Source: Salinivirgaceae bacterium (GTDB taxonomy: Bacteria > Bacteroidota > Bacteroidia > Bacteroidales > SZUA-534). Taken from it: a DNA stretch of 64,000 bases. The stretch covers positions 3,214 through 67,213 of the forward strand of contig JAGCFC010000133.1 of the NCBI GenBank assembly GCA_017650325.1, in the 5' to 3' direction. The notes under the pieces are model-generated. The model did no database searches. It saw only the letters and a program-made list of their open reading frames with translations, and was not told the origin of the DNA. The position numbers and the translations under genes were made by a program. Positions 45,940 through 55,432 of the stretch are shown here, one piece after another. Every line of letters begins with the position of its first letter. Within the stretch, counting starts at the first letter, position 1.

Positions 45940-47394
45940 TTAATGGTCACCTCCGGCCCACCAAACGTTGTCTTTATAAACGTCGGTATTCGAGAACGCT
46001 TCGTACACATTGGTATTTGTTGTTACATCGTCACCACCGTAAGCATAGCGCAACGGGAATTTGTCTGGATTCGGGTGTGCCAATACTATATGCTCCTCGC
46101 CCAGCGATTTCCAACGGCGGATGTCGTTATATGCCTCAACGGCCTCTTCCTCGTAGAATGCAATGTATTTCTGCGTTGCCACCTCAGTCAGAGCATTTGA
46201 TGCTTTAATATTGGCAATCACATCTTTAACATAAGGATTCATCAACGAGTCAGGAACTGCGACGTTGACTTTCTTGCAAGCTGCAGTTATAGCCTTCTCG
46301 CATGCCTCTTTTGTTTTGTCGACATCGCCCAAACGAGCGTAAGCCTCTGCTTTCAAGAACTCAATCTCATGGTAGCTCAACAAATATGTTGGAGCTGTTT
46401 TGGTTGATATTCCTGAAATAGCATAATAACCTTGCTGTTGGAGTGGTTTTCCGTTTTCAGCTACAACAAAATCGCCAGTATTAGGATTTTCGACATAATA
46501 AATCAACTCGCGCGGATCATTCAATGAGAGCAGAAGTTCATCGAAACTTGCACTTGCACCAAGATAATCACGATCTATCATAAACTGATAGAACGGGCTT
46601 GTGGCCACAACACCATCGTAAAGAGCAAATTTAGCTTCCTCGTCGGCGCTTTCGAATGAATTATTAGCGTATTCAATAACTTTGTTCATTTCGGCATTCT
46701 TGTCACTGGCGCGACCCATAAGGCGCATTGTGTAGCGTGCTTTAAGTCCGTATGCGAATTTTGTCCATAATTCAATATCGCCGCCATAATAGAAGTCCTG
46801 ATTATCCAAATCATATTGGCAATCTTTACCGAAATTATCGATTGCGGAATCAAGATATCCGAAAATCACCTCATAAATCGACTCCTGCGAATCCAACTTC
46901 GGAGTGTAGATCACACCTGGCTGCAAAGCCTCTGTCCATGGCACATCGCCAAACAAATCGGTGAGCACGGCCAAATTGTATGCTGACAATACTTGCGCCA
47001 CACCTAATCCGTAGTAGTTTTCAGCCTCTTCGCCACCTTCGCTGCATTTTTCGATACATACCTTCAAGTTCGACAAATTCTGATAAATCTGCGACCACTC
47101 ATTATTATAGGTGGAACTCATGTCGGCTTGTGCGCCTCTAATCTCAGCCAAATACAACTGGTTGTAAATTCCAACATTGTACTCGATATAACATGATGCG
47201 TAAAATGCCAAATTAGCACCCACGATACTAAACGCCGTTGAAGTCATAACATCAGTAAGAATGAATCTCGACGCCATATCGGTAGGATTATTCTTATTAG
47301 TGTTGATTTCGTCCATTTTGTCTTCGCTGCAGGCAACTGCAAACAAACCGAAGACTATCAAAACTATTTTACTTAAATTCTTTTTCATCTCCAT
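45940..47394 (-). CDS. susD: SusD/RagB-family nutrient-binding outer-membrane lipoprotein
   Basis: 484 aa with lipobox FAVACS. It has helical TPR-like content and lies 13 nt downstream of the SusC-like gene. Confidence 0.85.
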   Translation of the reverse strand: MEMKKNLSKIVLIVFGLFAVACSEDKMDEINTNKNNPTDMASRFILTDVMTSTAFSIVGANLAFYASCYIEYNVGIYNQLYLAEIRGAQADMSSTYNNEWSQIYQNLSNLKVCIEKCSEGGEEAENYYGLGVAQVLSAYNLAVLTDLFGDVPWTEALQPGVIYTPKLDSQESIYEVIFGYLDSAIDNFGKDCQYDLDNQDFYYGGDIELWTKFAYGLKARYTMRLMGRASDKNAEMNKVIEYANNSFESADEEAKFALYDGVVATSPFYQFMIDRDYLGASASFDELLLSLNDPRELIYYVENPNTGDFVVAENGKPLQQQGYYAISGISTKTAPTYLLSYHEIEFLKAEAYARLGDVDKTKEACEKAITAACKKVNVAVPDSLMNPYVKDVIANIKASNALTEVATQKYIAFYEEEAVEAYNDIRRWKSLGEEHIVLAHPNPDKFPLRYAYGGDDVTTNTNVYEAFSNTDVYKDNVWWAGGDH

Positions 47395-47407
47395 AAGTAT
47401 TTAACTG

Positions 47408-50400
47408 TTAGAATTTAACCTCAACGCCAAAACCGAAACTCTTTGTCTGCGGCATCGAGAAACGCTCGAAACCACCAGTCATGTTTCCTGTTCCTTGCGA
47501 TGATTCTGGGTCGAAATTATCCAACTCGCTCCACAGCAACAGGTTTCTTGCAAATGCTGACAAAGAAACTGTGGCTTTGGGTATCACTGACGATGGAATT
47601 GTATAGCGAAGAGCAACCTCGCGCAATTTTACGAATGAGTTGCCGTAAACTGCTGCCTCTGAAATATTACTCAAAACATCAGAATACAATACCTCATATG
47701 CATCAGGGTCGTTGGCTCCACCACGCACGATATCGTTTTTAGTGCCATCGGCCTTATAACCTTCATAAACGAAAGTTGAAGTACGGTCTTCGGTTTTTGC
47801 TGAAACACCATACATATCGAAGCAGTTATTCGATCCGTGATACATGTGTCCGCCTTGTTTCCACTCAAGCACAGCACTCAGAGTCAGTCCCTTATATGTC
47901 ACATCGGTGCTTGCTCCTGCAATGAAATCGGGCGATACATTTGCCAACACTTTCTCCGGTGCCTCCATCGGCATACCATAGGTGAGAGATGATGGATCTT
48001 CGTCAACCAGGATGTGTCCATCATCGTCTCTTGCAAATGAAACACCGTAAATAACAGGCATTTCATAACCAACTCCCAAACGAACTTGAGGATCGACAAA
48101 GCCGCCTAAGAAAATGCTCTCAACACCATCGGCCAGTTCGTCGACAACGTTCTCCATTTTGGTAAAGTTGAAATTGACGTTCCACTCCAAATCATTGGTT
48201 CTGACCGGAGTTGTGTAAATAACAACCTCGTGTGCGTTGGTGTGAGCCTTACCTGCGTTCATTGTCAACGAGCTGAATCCTGTCGAGCCGGCCAAAGGCA
48301 CATCGAATATCTGGTCTTTGATGTTCTGTTTCGAGAACGTGTAATCGAAGCCCAAACGGTTGTTGAAGAATTTCATGTCAAGACCGATTTCGAAACTTTT
48401 GGTGTTCTGCGGTTTCAAATTCGGATCGTAAGTTGACGGATATTGCTGATACGACTTGGTACTTTGGATTGGATAAGAGATAGGCTCTCCACTCCACATA
48501 CCGCCGCCGTATTCCGGAACATCATAATATGGCTGATAATAACGCTCTGCCATACCAACCTCGGCAAATGAGAAGCGGGCTTTGGCAAACGACAGCCAAT
48601 CAATATCCTGCAATGGCTCCAATGCTGTTGCCACAAATCCTAACGAAACCGAAGGATAGAAGAACGAACGGTTACCACGCGGCATCTTCGATACAATATC
48701 GTTACGTCCTGTAGTGTTCAAGTAAATCATGCTCTTGAAATCCAACGAAGCGCTATAGAAGAAACCGACAGTGCGGTATTCGCTTTGTTCCTCTTTAGAG
48801 GTAACGGCACCACTTAAATTCTGAATATGGTTCCAACCTCCGAAATTGAACTTCTCACCATACTGTTCATAGAATTTATAACGCTCATGATTGAACTCAT
48901 TACCAACCATCATGTTGAAATTCATTTCATCGGTTAATCTCCAGTCATAACCCAAAGTAAACAATGAGTTAACTGTTGCGTCGGTTTCGCCGTAATTGTC
49001 AATCACGCCTTTCTGACCCTTGCTTCCGTACCCCCAAATATCCTGATAGTGAGTAGTGTACATATCCATACCCAACTGATATTTGGCATTCAGTTTCATT
49101 GTTTCGTTCAAATCGATGTTGAATCCAATATTTGCGTTTCCAAAGAAACGGTTGGTCTCCTCGTTGAATGTGTTGTTTTTCTCCACCCAATAAGGGTTGT
49201 CAAATGTCAGAGCGCGATAATAAATCTGAGTATAGGGATCGTCGGGTGCGCAATAAGGTGTTCCTTTCAAATCGTAACTTACAGGACCCATAACAACACC
49301 TTGCAACGAAGCGTCATTGGCTCCTGTCAGTTTATCAACATTCACATTTGAATAGTTGGCATTGAACCCGGTTGTGAAATATTTACCCAATTTGCGTTCT
49401 GCCGAAGCATTACCAGTCCAACGTTTCATTCCTGTGTTCAGAGCAATACCATCTTGTGTGGTATTTCCCAGACTAAGGGAATAGTTGCCTTCTTCGCTTG
49501 CTTGGCTAATATTCACACCCGTTGTTGCTGTGATACCTGTGCGAAAATAATCTTTCCAGTTGTTGTAAGCTTTCGGCTCAAGCCATGGATCCAAACCTGC
49601 AGCTGCACGCTGCGGCACATAGTACTTACCCTCTTGAATACCATATTCCTGAGTATAAACGTTATCGGTGTTACCGCCATAATCGGGATCGTCAGGCAAA
49701 TCCTCGATTTTCGGACCCCACGACATTGAAGAGTTCGGGATGTATTTTCCTTTAGAACCTTGTGCATAAGTCGTTTGATATTTAGGATTGCGCGAAACGA
49801 TATCGAAACTAACATCCTCCGATATGGTTACAATGGTTTTACCTTTCTCGCCGCCCTTGCCGCTTTTGGTTGTTATTACAACAACACCGTTCGAAGCACG
49901 CAAGCCGTACAACGCTGCGGCGGCCTGGCCTTTCAATACGTTTATGCTCTCAATATCATTCGGGTTTATGTCGAGCGAACGGTTTGTAAAGTCAGCACCA
50001 GTAACACTCTGGCCTGTACTACGGGCTCCAGACTCAATAGGCATTCCATCAACAACGTATAGAGGTGCGTTATTGCCTGTGAATGAACGAGAACCGCGAA
50101 TTACAAACTGAGCCGAAGCACCTGGCATACCGCTTGATACTTTAATATCAACACCTGCGACTTTTCCTTGCATTGCGCGGCTCAAATCGGGCGAGGCGGC
50201 TCTTGTCAGATTTTCAGACTTGATTTCTTGCACAGCGTAGCCTAACGCCTTGGCTTCTTTCTTGATACCCAAAGCTGTAACCACAACCTCATCCATTCCA
50301 ATGGTCTCTGGATCCATTGTGATGTTGAACGTAGTGGTACTGCCAACTGGCACTTCCTGTGTCTGCATTCCCATAAACGAGAACACAAGAGCTTCGACAT

Positions 50401-50602
50401 CGCTTGCCACACTCAGGGTAAACTTACCGTCGAAATCAGTAATCGTTCCCTGCGTTGTGCCTTTTACAACAACATTGACACCCGGCAACGGCTGGTTGTC
50501 TTCCGACGAAATAACCGTACCTGTCAAGGTCTTGTTTTGTGCATTAACCAATTGTGCCCCAAGGAACAGAAGGCCAACAATCAGCATTGCAATTTTCTTC
50601 AT
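47408..50602 (-). CDS. susC: SusC/RagA-family TonB-dependent outer-membrane transporter
   Basis: The start is taken at MKKIAMLIVGLLF... (ATG at 50602). It has a carboxypeptidase-regulatory-like domain (GTVISSEDNQPLPGVNVVVKGT), a plug (INPNDIESINVLKGQAAAALYG), and a terminal ...GVEVKF. Confidence 0.9.
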   Translation of the reverse strand: MKKIAMLIVGLLFLGAQLVNAQNKTLTGTVISSEDNQPLPGVNVVVKGTTQGTITDFDGKFTLSVASDVEALVFSFMGMQTQEVPVGSTTTFNITMDPETIGMDEVVVTALGIKKEAKALGYAVQEIKSENLTRAASPDLSRAMQGKVAGVDIKVSSGMPGASAQFVIRGSRSFTGNNAPLYVVDGMPIESGARSTGQSVTGADFTNRSLDINPNDIESINVLKGQAAAALYGLRASNGVVVITTKSGKGGEKGKTIVTISEDVSFDIVSRNPKYQTTYAQGSKGKYIPNSSMSWGPKIEDLPDDPDYGGNTDNVYTQEYGIQEGKYYVPQRAAAGLDPWLEPKAYNNWKDYFRTGITATTGVNISQASEEGNYSLSLGNTTQDGIALNTGMKRWTGNASAERKLGKYFTTGFNANYSNVNVDKLTGANDASLQGVVMGPVSYDLKGTPYCAPDDPYTQIYYRALTFDNPYWVEKNNTFNEETNRFFGNANIGFNIDLNETMKLNAKYQLGMDMYTTHYQDIWGYGSKGQKGVIDNYGETDATVNSLFTLGYDWRLTDEMNFNMMVGNEFNHERYKFYEQYGEKFNFGGWNHIQNLSGAVTSKEEQSEYRTVGFFYSASLDFKSMIYLNTTGRNDIVSKMPRGNRSFFYPSVSLGFVATALEPLQDIDWLSFAKARFSFAEVGMAERYYQPYYDVPEYGGGMWSGEPISYPIQSTKSYQQYPSTYDPNLKPQNTKSFEIGLDMKFFNNRLGFDYTFSKQNIKDQIFDVPLAGSTGFSSLTMNAGKAHTNAHEVVIYTTPVRTNDLEWNVNFNFTKMENVVDELADGVESIFLGGFVDPQVRLGVGYEMPVIYGVSFARDDDGHILVDEDPSSLTYGMPMEAPEKVLANVSPDFIAGASTDVTYKGLTLSAVLEWKQGGHMYHGSNNCFDMYGVSAKTEDRTSTFVYEGYKADGTKNDIVRGGANDPDAYEVLYSDVLSNISEAAVYGNSFVKLREVALRYTIPSSVIPKATVSLSAFARNLLLWSELDNFDPESSQGTGNMTGGFERFSMPQTKSFGFGVEVKF

Positions 50603-50780
50603 AAACCTTATGAATTTAATTAAACTAATAGTTGCTTTACAAATCACAAAAGAACAAAAAAATATTTATCTGCGCAAAGATTTTAGATACAGACATAACA
50701 ACACGTATAATACGTAATTACAGATTATATATGTGTCGAAAAATCATTTCTGCCGGACATCGGTCTGCAGATTCACCGCA

Positions 50781-53087
50781 CTACTCACTCTCAATAACCT
50801 GGAGTTTGGCATATTTAAGCAGCAGTTTCTTCTCGCCCGATTTCGGGAAGAATATGATGGCCGCTCGGCTGTCACCCTCACCATCCATCCGGAGAACCCT
50901 ACCCTGCCCGAACTGATGGTGCATGACCGTAACGCCGGGACGGATTTTGTCGATGGGCGATGGCTGGATATCCGAAGACTGGCTCGATTGCTGTCTAAGT
51001 TGCTGTAATCGGCGTTGCGCTGCAAATGACGCACCAATCGGCGCTTTTGTTTGGCCGAACGTGCCTGAACTGAATGAACTAGAACCGAATGTGGGACGAC
51101 CTGCACTGCCCATTCCCGTTGTGGTATGTGAAAGAAACTGCGGGTCGATATCTTTGATGAAGCGGCTCGCCACCGTCTGTTCGCGCGTACCACCGTATTT
51201 GGCACGGCTGCGACTGTATGAGATGGTTGCCTGCTGCATGGCTCTTGTCAGCGCCACATAGAACAAACGGCGCTCCTCCTCCAACTCATGCTGGCTATAA
51301 ACCGACATTGCCGACGGGAAAAGCCCCTCCTCCACACCTACTATATAAACATACGGGAACTCCAGACCTTTGGCCGAATGGATAGTCATAAGCGTAATGC
51401 TGTCGGCACCTTCGGTGCGTTTGTTGTCCTGGTCGGTTATGAGCGCCACATTTTCGAGGAACCCGGCCAGTCCCGGCGTTTCGCCCTCCTTGTAATTGGC
51501 TGCCACATAATCGCTTATGCCACGCAAAAGTTCCTCGATATTTTCGAGTCGGCTTTGGTCTTCAGGATCATCGGAATTCTGGAATTCGTTCTTAATTCCT
51601 GCAGTATTGATTATTTCACTAGCCAAATCGTAAGCATCAATTTTCTCGAGTTGCGGAATAAATTTGGAAATCAAATCTGTGAACCCTTCAACTTTCGCCA
51701 TTGTTCCTCGATTGAGTCCGGCCATTGACAGCAGATCGGTATTCGTCAGAACCGCCCACATACTGCAACCATTTTCGTTGGCCGCCGCTGCAATCTTCTC
51801 GACAGTGGTCTCACCAATTCCGCGCGCAGGATAGTTGATGATTCGCTTAAGAGCCTCATCGTCGTTGTTATTGACAATCAGCCGCATATAAGCAATGGCA
51901 TCTTTCACCTCTTTGCGCTGGTAGAATGACTGACCTCCATAAATCTTATACGGAAAATTGCGCTTTCGCAGAGCCTCCTCAAAGGTACGGCTCTGGGCAT
52001 TTGTGCGGTAGAGAATGGCAAAATCGCGGTAGTGACAGTGATTATTGGCGATTTTTGCAAAAATGTCGCCAACCACATTGTAACTCTCTTCAATGTCGGT
52101 CATTGCAGCCATAACGCGCACTGGATCACCCTCGTCCTTTTCCGAAAAAACATCTTTCGGGATCTGATGTTCGTTCTTCTTAATCAGGCTGTTAGCCGCA
52201 GAGACAATATTCTGCGTCGAGCGGTAGTTCTGCTCCAGTTTGAACAATCGGCACTGCGGATAATCGTTTTTGAAGTTCAGAATGTTCTCAATTTTAGCGC
52301 CGCGGAACGAATAGATACTCTGCGCATCATCGCCCACCACACATATATTCTGATGTTGCTGCGCCAATTTCTTGATAATCAAATATTGGGCAAAGTTTGT
52401 ATCCTGATACTCATCGACTAAAATATACTTGAACTTCTGCTGATACTTGTCGAGAATATCCGGATTATCGCGGAAAAGGATGTTGGTGTTGAGCAGCAAA
52501 TCATCGAAATCCATTGCCGAAGCCTGGCGGCACCGTGCCACATACCTAACATATATGTCGCCAATGAGCGGCATGCGGTTTGCGTTATCGGCGGTCATCA
52601 GTTCGCCATTGGCCTTGTAAGTTTCAGGCGTAATCAGATTGTTTTTTGCCATCGATATTCGATTGGCAATGTGGTTGATCTTATAAACCTTGTCATCGAG
52701 ACGCATCTCCTTGACAATGGACTTGATAAGGCTCTTTGAATCGGTTGTGTCATAGATGGTGTAAGCCGACGGGAATCCTAACCTCACGCTCTCCGCACGC
52801 AGGATATGGCTGAAAATGGAATGGAATGTTCCCATAACAATCGACTGCGCATCGGAGCCGCCAACAAGCGAATCGATACGGTTCTGCATCTCACGGGCTG
52901 CCTTGTTGGTGAATGTTAGAGCAAGAATATTCCATGGCTTGACTCCGTTGGCAAGCAAATGCGCTATTCGATAGGTGAGCACACGAGTCTTGCCCGAACC
53001 GGCACCCGCCACAATCAGGCACGGACCTTGCGTAGCCTGCACTGCAGCACGCTGCACATCGTTCAATTGGTCGAGATAGTTTTCCAT
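50781..53087 (-). CDS. UvrD/PcrA/Rep-family ATP-dependent DNA helicase
   Basis: The start is taken at MENYLDQLNDVQRAAV. It has Walker A AGAGSGKT, LALTFTNKAA, VDEYQDTN and a C-terminal ...HHQFGQGRV... tail. Confidence 0.9.
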   Translation of the reverse strand: MENYLDQLNDVQRAAVQATQGPCLIVAGAGSGKTRVLTYRIAHLLANGVKPWNILALTFTNKAAREMQNRIDSLVGGSDAQSIVMGTFHSIFSHILRAESVRLGFPSAYTIYDTTDSKSLIKSIVKEMRLDDKVYKINHIANRISMAKNNLITPETYKANGELMTADNANRMPLIGDIYVRYVARCRQASAMDFDDLLLNTNILFRDNPDILDKYQQKFKYILVDEYQDTNFAQYLIIKKLAQQHQNICVVGDDAQSIYSFRGAKIENILNFKNDYPQCRLFKLEQNYRSTQNIVSAANSLIKKNEHQIPKDVFSEKDEGDPVRVMAAMTDIEESYNVVGDIFAKIANNHCHYRDFAILYRTNAQSRTFEEALRKRNFPYKIYGGQSFYQRKEVKDAIAYMRLIVNNNDDEALKRIINYPARGIGETTVEKIAAAANENGCSMWAVLTNTDLLSMAGLNRGTMAKVEGFTDLISKFIPQLEKIDAYDLASEIINTAGIKNEFQNSDDPEDQSRLENIEELLRGISDYVAANYKEGETPGLAGFLENVALITDQDNKRTEGADSITLMTIHSAKGLEFPYVYIVGVEEGLFPSAMSVYSQHELEEERRLFYVALTRAMQQATISYSRSRAKYGGTREQTVASRFIKDIDPQFLSHTTTGMGSAGRPTFGSSSFSSGTFGQTKAPIGASFAAQRRLQQLRQQSSQSSDIQPSPIDKIRPGVTVMHHQFGQGRVLRMDGEGDSRAAIIFFPKSGEKKLLLKYAKLQVIESE

Positions 53088-53248
53088 TTCAAAATGTATC
53101 AGACATCGGCAAATTACGATAAAAAAGTTAAGCAATCGGGAATATCGGCAGACATAGTTTTTAACAAAACTGCAAATCGAATCTTTTGCCCTAATTTTTA
53201 TAATATTGCGCTCAAATTTGAGTTATAGTATCGACACAACATTTTACG

Positions 53249-54643
53249 ATGACCAGACACCTACTATCAATATTGTTATGCAGTTGCTTACTGGCATCGA
53301 GCGGCAGTGTCCTTGCTCAAATTACCGCTAACGCCAACAGAACCGACACCACCTCCTACAAGACCGATTCTATTGCCAACGATCCCATTTTCGTCTACTA
53401 TTCCGACCCGCGTGGATTCAGTACCACTGGCACTTTGAAGGCATCGGTGCCCGACAGTAGCAATTTGACATTCAACTGGTTTAAATACAACGAGAGCACT
53501 TCAGCCTTCGACATCTCTCTCAAAACCGAAAAAGGCGTGTCGGAATCAACAAAAGACAACTGCACTCAAGGCGGCTATATGGTGACCATTCAAAACGATT
53601 CATGCACCTGGGACACAACGTTTTACGCATGGGTATTTCAGAATGAGTTCAATGTGAGCGCCATAAACGTATACAACTCAACCTGCGAACTGATAGAGTT
53701 GCACACTTCAATGGCCTATGACGAGGAGTTCGAATACTACGACCGTGTTAGCGGCAAGCCCCTCACATATTTCAGTGACAACATCAAGTTCATGAAATTC
53801 AAATGGGAGGCCACACCCGGAGCCGGTGCAATTCCATCAGTAAAAAACCCGGTTTTCGAAGCACCCACAAAACCAACTGTTTATCGGTTAACGGTTGAAG
53901 ACTCACATGGCGAAAGCCGCTCAAAGAAACTCGAAATTGAGGAGGGCGACGACAATGGTGACGGCAACCTCTATCTGAAAGCCGTAAAAGCAAAATTCGC
54001 GGCAAGCAGGTCTTTTGTACCGATGGAAGAAACCGACAGCAGCGGACAAGCCCCGTTGGCAGTGCAATTTATTGACAGTTCGGAGAACGCAATTGAGTGG
54101 AACTGGTTCTTCTACAAACAGAAAGACCGCCGCAAAAATGAGGAGGACTCCCTTCTGATACCACCTATAATGAATACGCAATTCATCACGGACTCACTAA
54201 TTTATACGATGCCGAACCAAAAATATGGCTACGATGTGGCTTTGGAAGTGAAAGGTCCTGTATACGTGATTGATGGTGAGCAACACCAATGTATCGACCG
54301 CCTGCTGAAAGAAGATTATATCAATGTCGACTCTTCATTCATCGCCAAAAATCCAGAGATTCCAAACGCATTTACCCCTGGCGGTGCAAATCCCGTATTC
54401 ATCTTTACCGATGAGACCATGCCTAAATCAATCCGATTTTTCCAGATAAAAATTTACAACCGTTGGGGCGTAAAAATCTACAGTTACGAGGATAACAGCG
54501 GAAATTGGGAAGGTTGGGACGGCAGCACATTCGGCTTTGGCGACGCGCCGTCAGGCGTCTATTTCTACACCATCTATGCCGAAGGCTGGAACGATGAGGA
54601 ATTCCGCCGAAAAGGATACGTACACCTGTTCAGAAAGAAGTAA
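53249..54643 (+). CDS. Secreted hypothetical protein with a T9SS type B (gliding-motility-associated) C-terminal domain
   Basis: 464 aa with a signal peptide. The C-terminus reads IPNAFTPGGANPVF...IYNRWGVKIYS...WDG...PSGVYFYTI. Confidence 0.7.
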   Translation: MTRHLLSILLCSCLLASSGSVLAQITANANRTDTTSYKTDSIANDPIFVYYSDPRGFSTTGTLKASVPDSSNLTFNWFKYNESTSAFDISLKTEKGVSESTKDNCTQGGYMVTIQNDSCTWDTTFYAWVFQNEFNVSAINVYNSTCELIELHTSMAYDEEFEYYDRVSGKPLTYFSDNIKFMKFKWEATPGAGAIPSVKNPVFEAPTKPTVYRLTVEDSHGESRSKKLEIEEGDDNGDGNLYLKAVKAKFAASRSFVPMEETDSSGQAPLAVQFIDSSENAIEWNWFFYKQKDRRKNEEDSLLIPPIMNTQFITDSLIYTMPNQKYGYDVALEVKGPVYVIDGEQHQCIDRLLKEDYINVDSSFIAKNPEIPNAFTPGGANPVFIFTDETMPKSIRFFQIKIYNRWGVKIYSYEDNSGNWEGWDGSTFGFGDAPSGVYFYTIYAEGWNDEEFRRKGYVHLFRKK

Positions 54644-54686
54644 AGCGACCTGCATTTTCTGACGCAGGCACAATCCCAATCACATT

Positions 54687-55340
54687 CTAACAACTGATTA
54701 GTCCGTCTTGCATTGTTATTGTGCGGTCCGACATTTTTGCAAGACTCATGTCGTGAGTAACAATCACAAACGTTTGGTTGAACTTGTCGCGCAAGTCGAA
54801 AAAAAGTTTGTGCAATTCCTCTTTGTTTATAGTGTCGAGATTGCCTGAAGGCTCATCAGCCAGAATAACTTCCGGACCGTTAATCAGCGCACGCGCCACA
54901 GCAACACGCTGCTGCTCACCTCCCGACATCTCACGCGGCTTGTGATACAATCGGTGCCCTAAATTCAGATATTCAAGCAATTCAATAGCTTTAGCCTCAC
55001 TCTGCTTGCGCGTTCCGCTGTTTATCAAAGCTGGAATCATAACATTCTCAACAGCAGTAAATTCAGGCAACAATTGGTGCCCCTGAAACACGAATCCCAA
55101 ATTACGGTTTCGGAATTTCGACAACTCCCTCTCCGACAAAGCCGTAACATCAACACCGCCAATCAGCACCTTACCGCTGTCCGGGCGCAACAATGTGCCA
55201 ACAATCTGCAACAAAGTTGTCTTGCCAGCGCCACTTTTTCCAACTATCGAGACAATCTCTCCCTTCTCAACCTCAAGGCTGATGCCTTTCAAAACCTCAA
55301 CATCGCCATACGACTTGTGAATATCAGAAATGCTAATCAT
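54687..55340 (-). CDS. ABC transporter ATP-binding protein (LolD/MacB-type)
   Basis: The start is taken at [12 protein letters not shown]. It has Walker [10 protein letters not shown], the signature MSGGEQQR, and Walker [12 protein letters not shown]. Confidence 0.85.
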   Translation of the reverse strand: MISISDIHKSYGDVEVLKGISLEVEKGEIVSIVGKSGAGKTTLLQIVGTLLRPDSGKVLIGGVDVTALSERELSKFRNRNLGFVFQGHQLLPEFTAVENVMIPALINSGTRKQSEAKAIELLEYLNLGHRLYHKPREMSGGEQQRVAVARALINGPEVILADEPSGNLDTINKEELHKLFFDLRDKFNQTFVIVTHDMSLAKMSDRTITMQDGLISC

Positions 55341-55382
55341 CAGATTCAATTTTGTTTTCCGCCATAAAAGTATAAAACAAAA

Positions 55383-55406
55383 CAAGGCTGCCAAACGGCA
55401 GCCTTG
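55383..55406 (-). terminator. Rho-independent terminator after secDF
   Basis: A perfect 10-bp stem, CAAGGCTGCC-aaac-GGCAGCCTTG, is followed on the minus strand by TTTTGTTTTAT. Confidence 0.7.
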
Positions 55407-55432
55407 CTGATATTTCATTTGACAATGAATTC

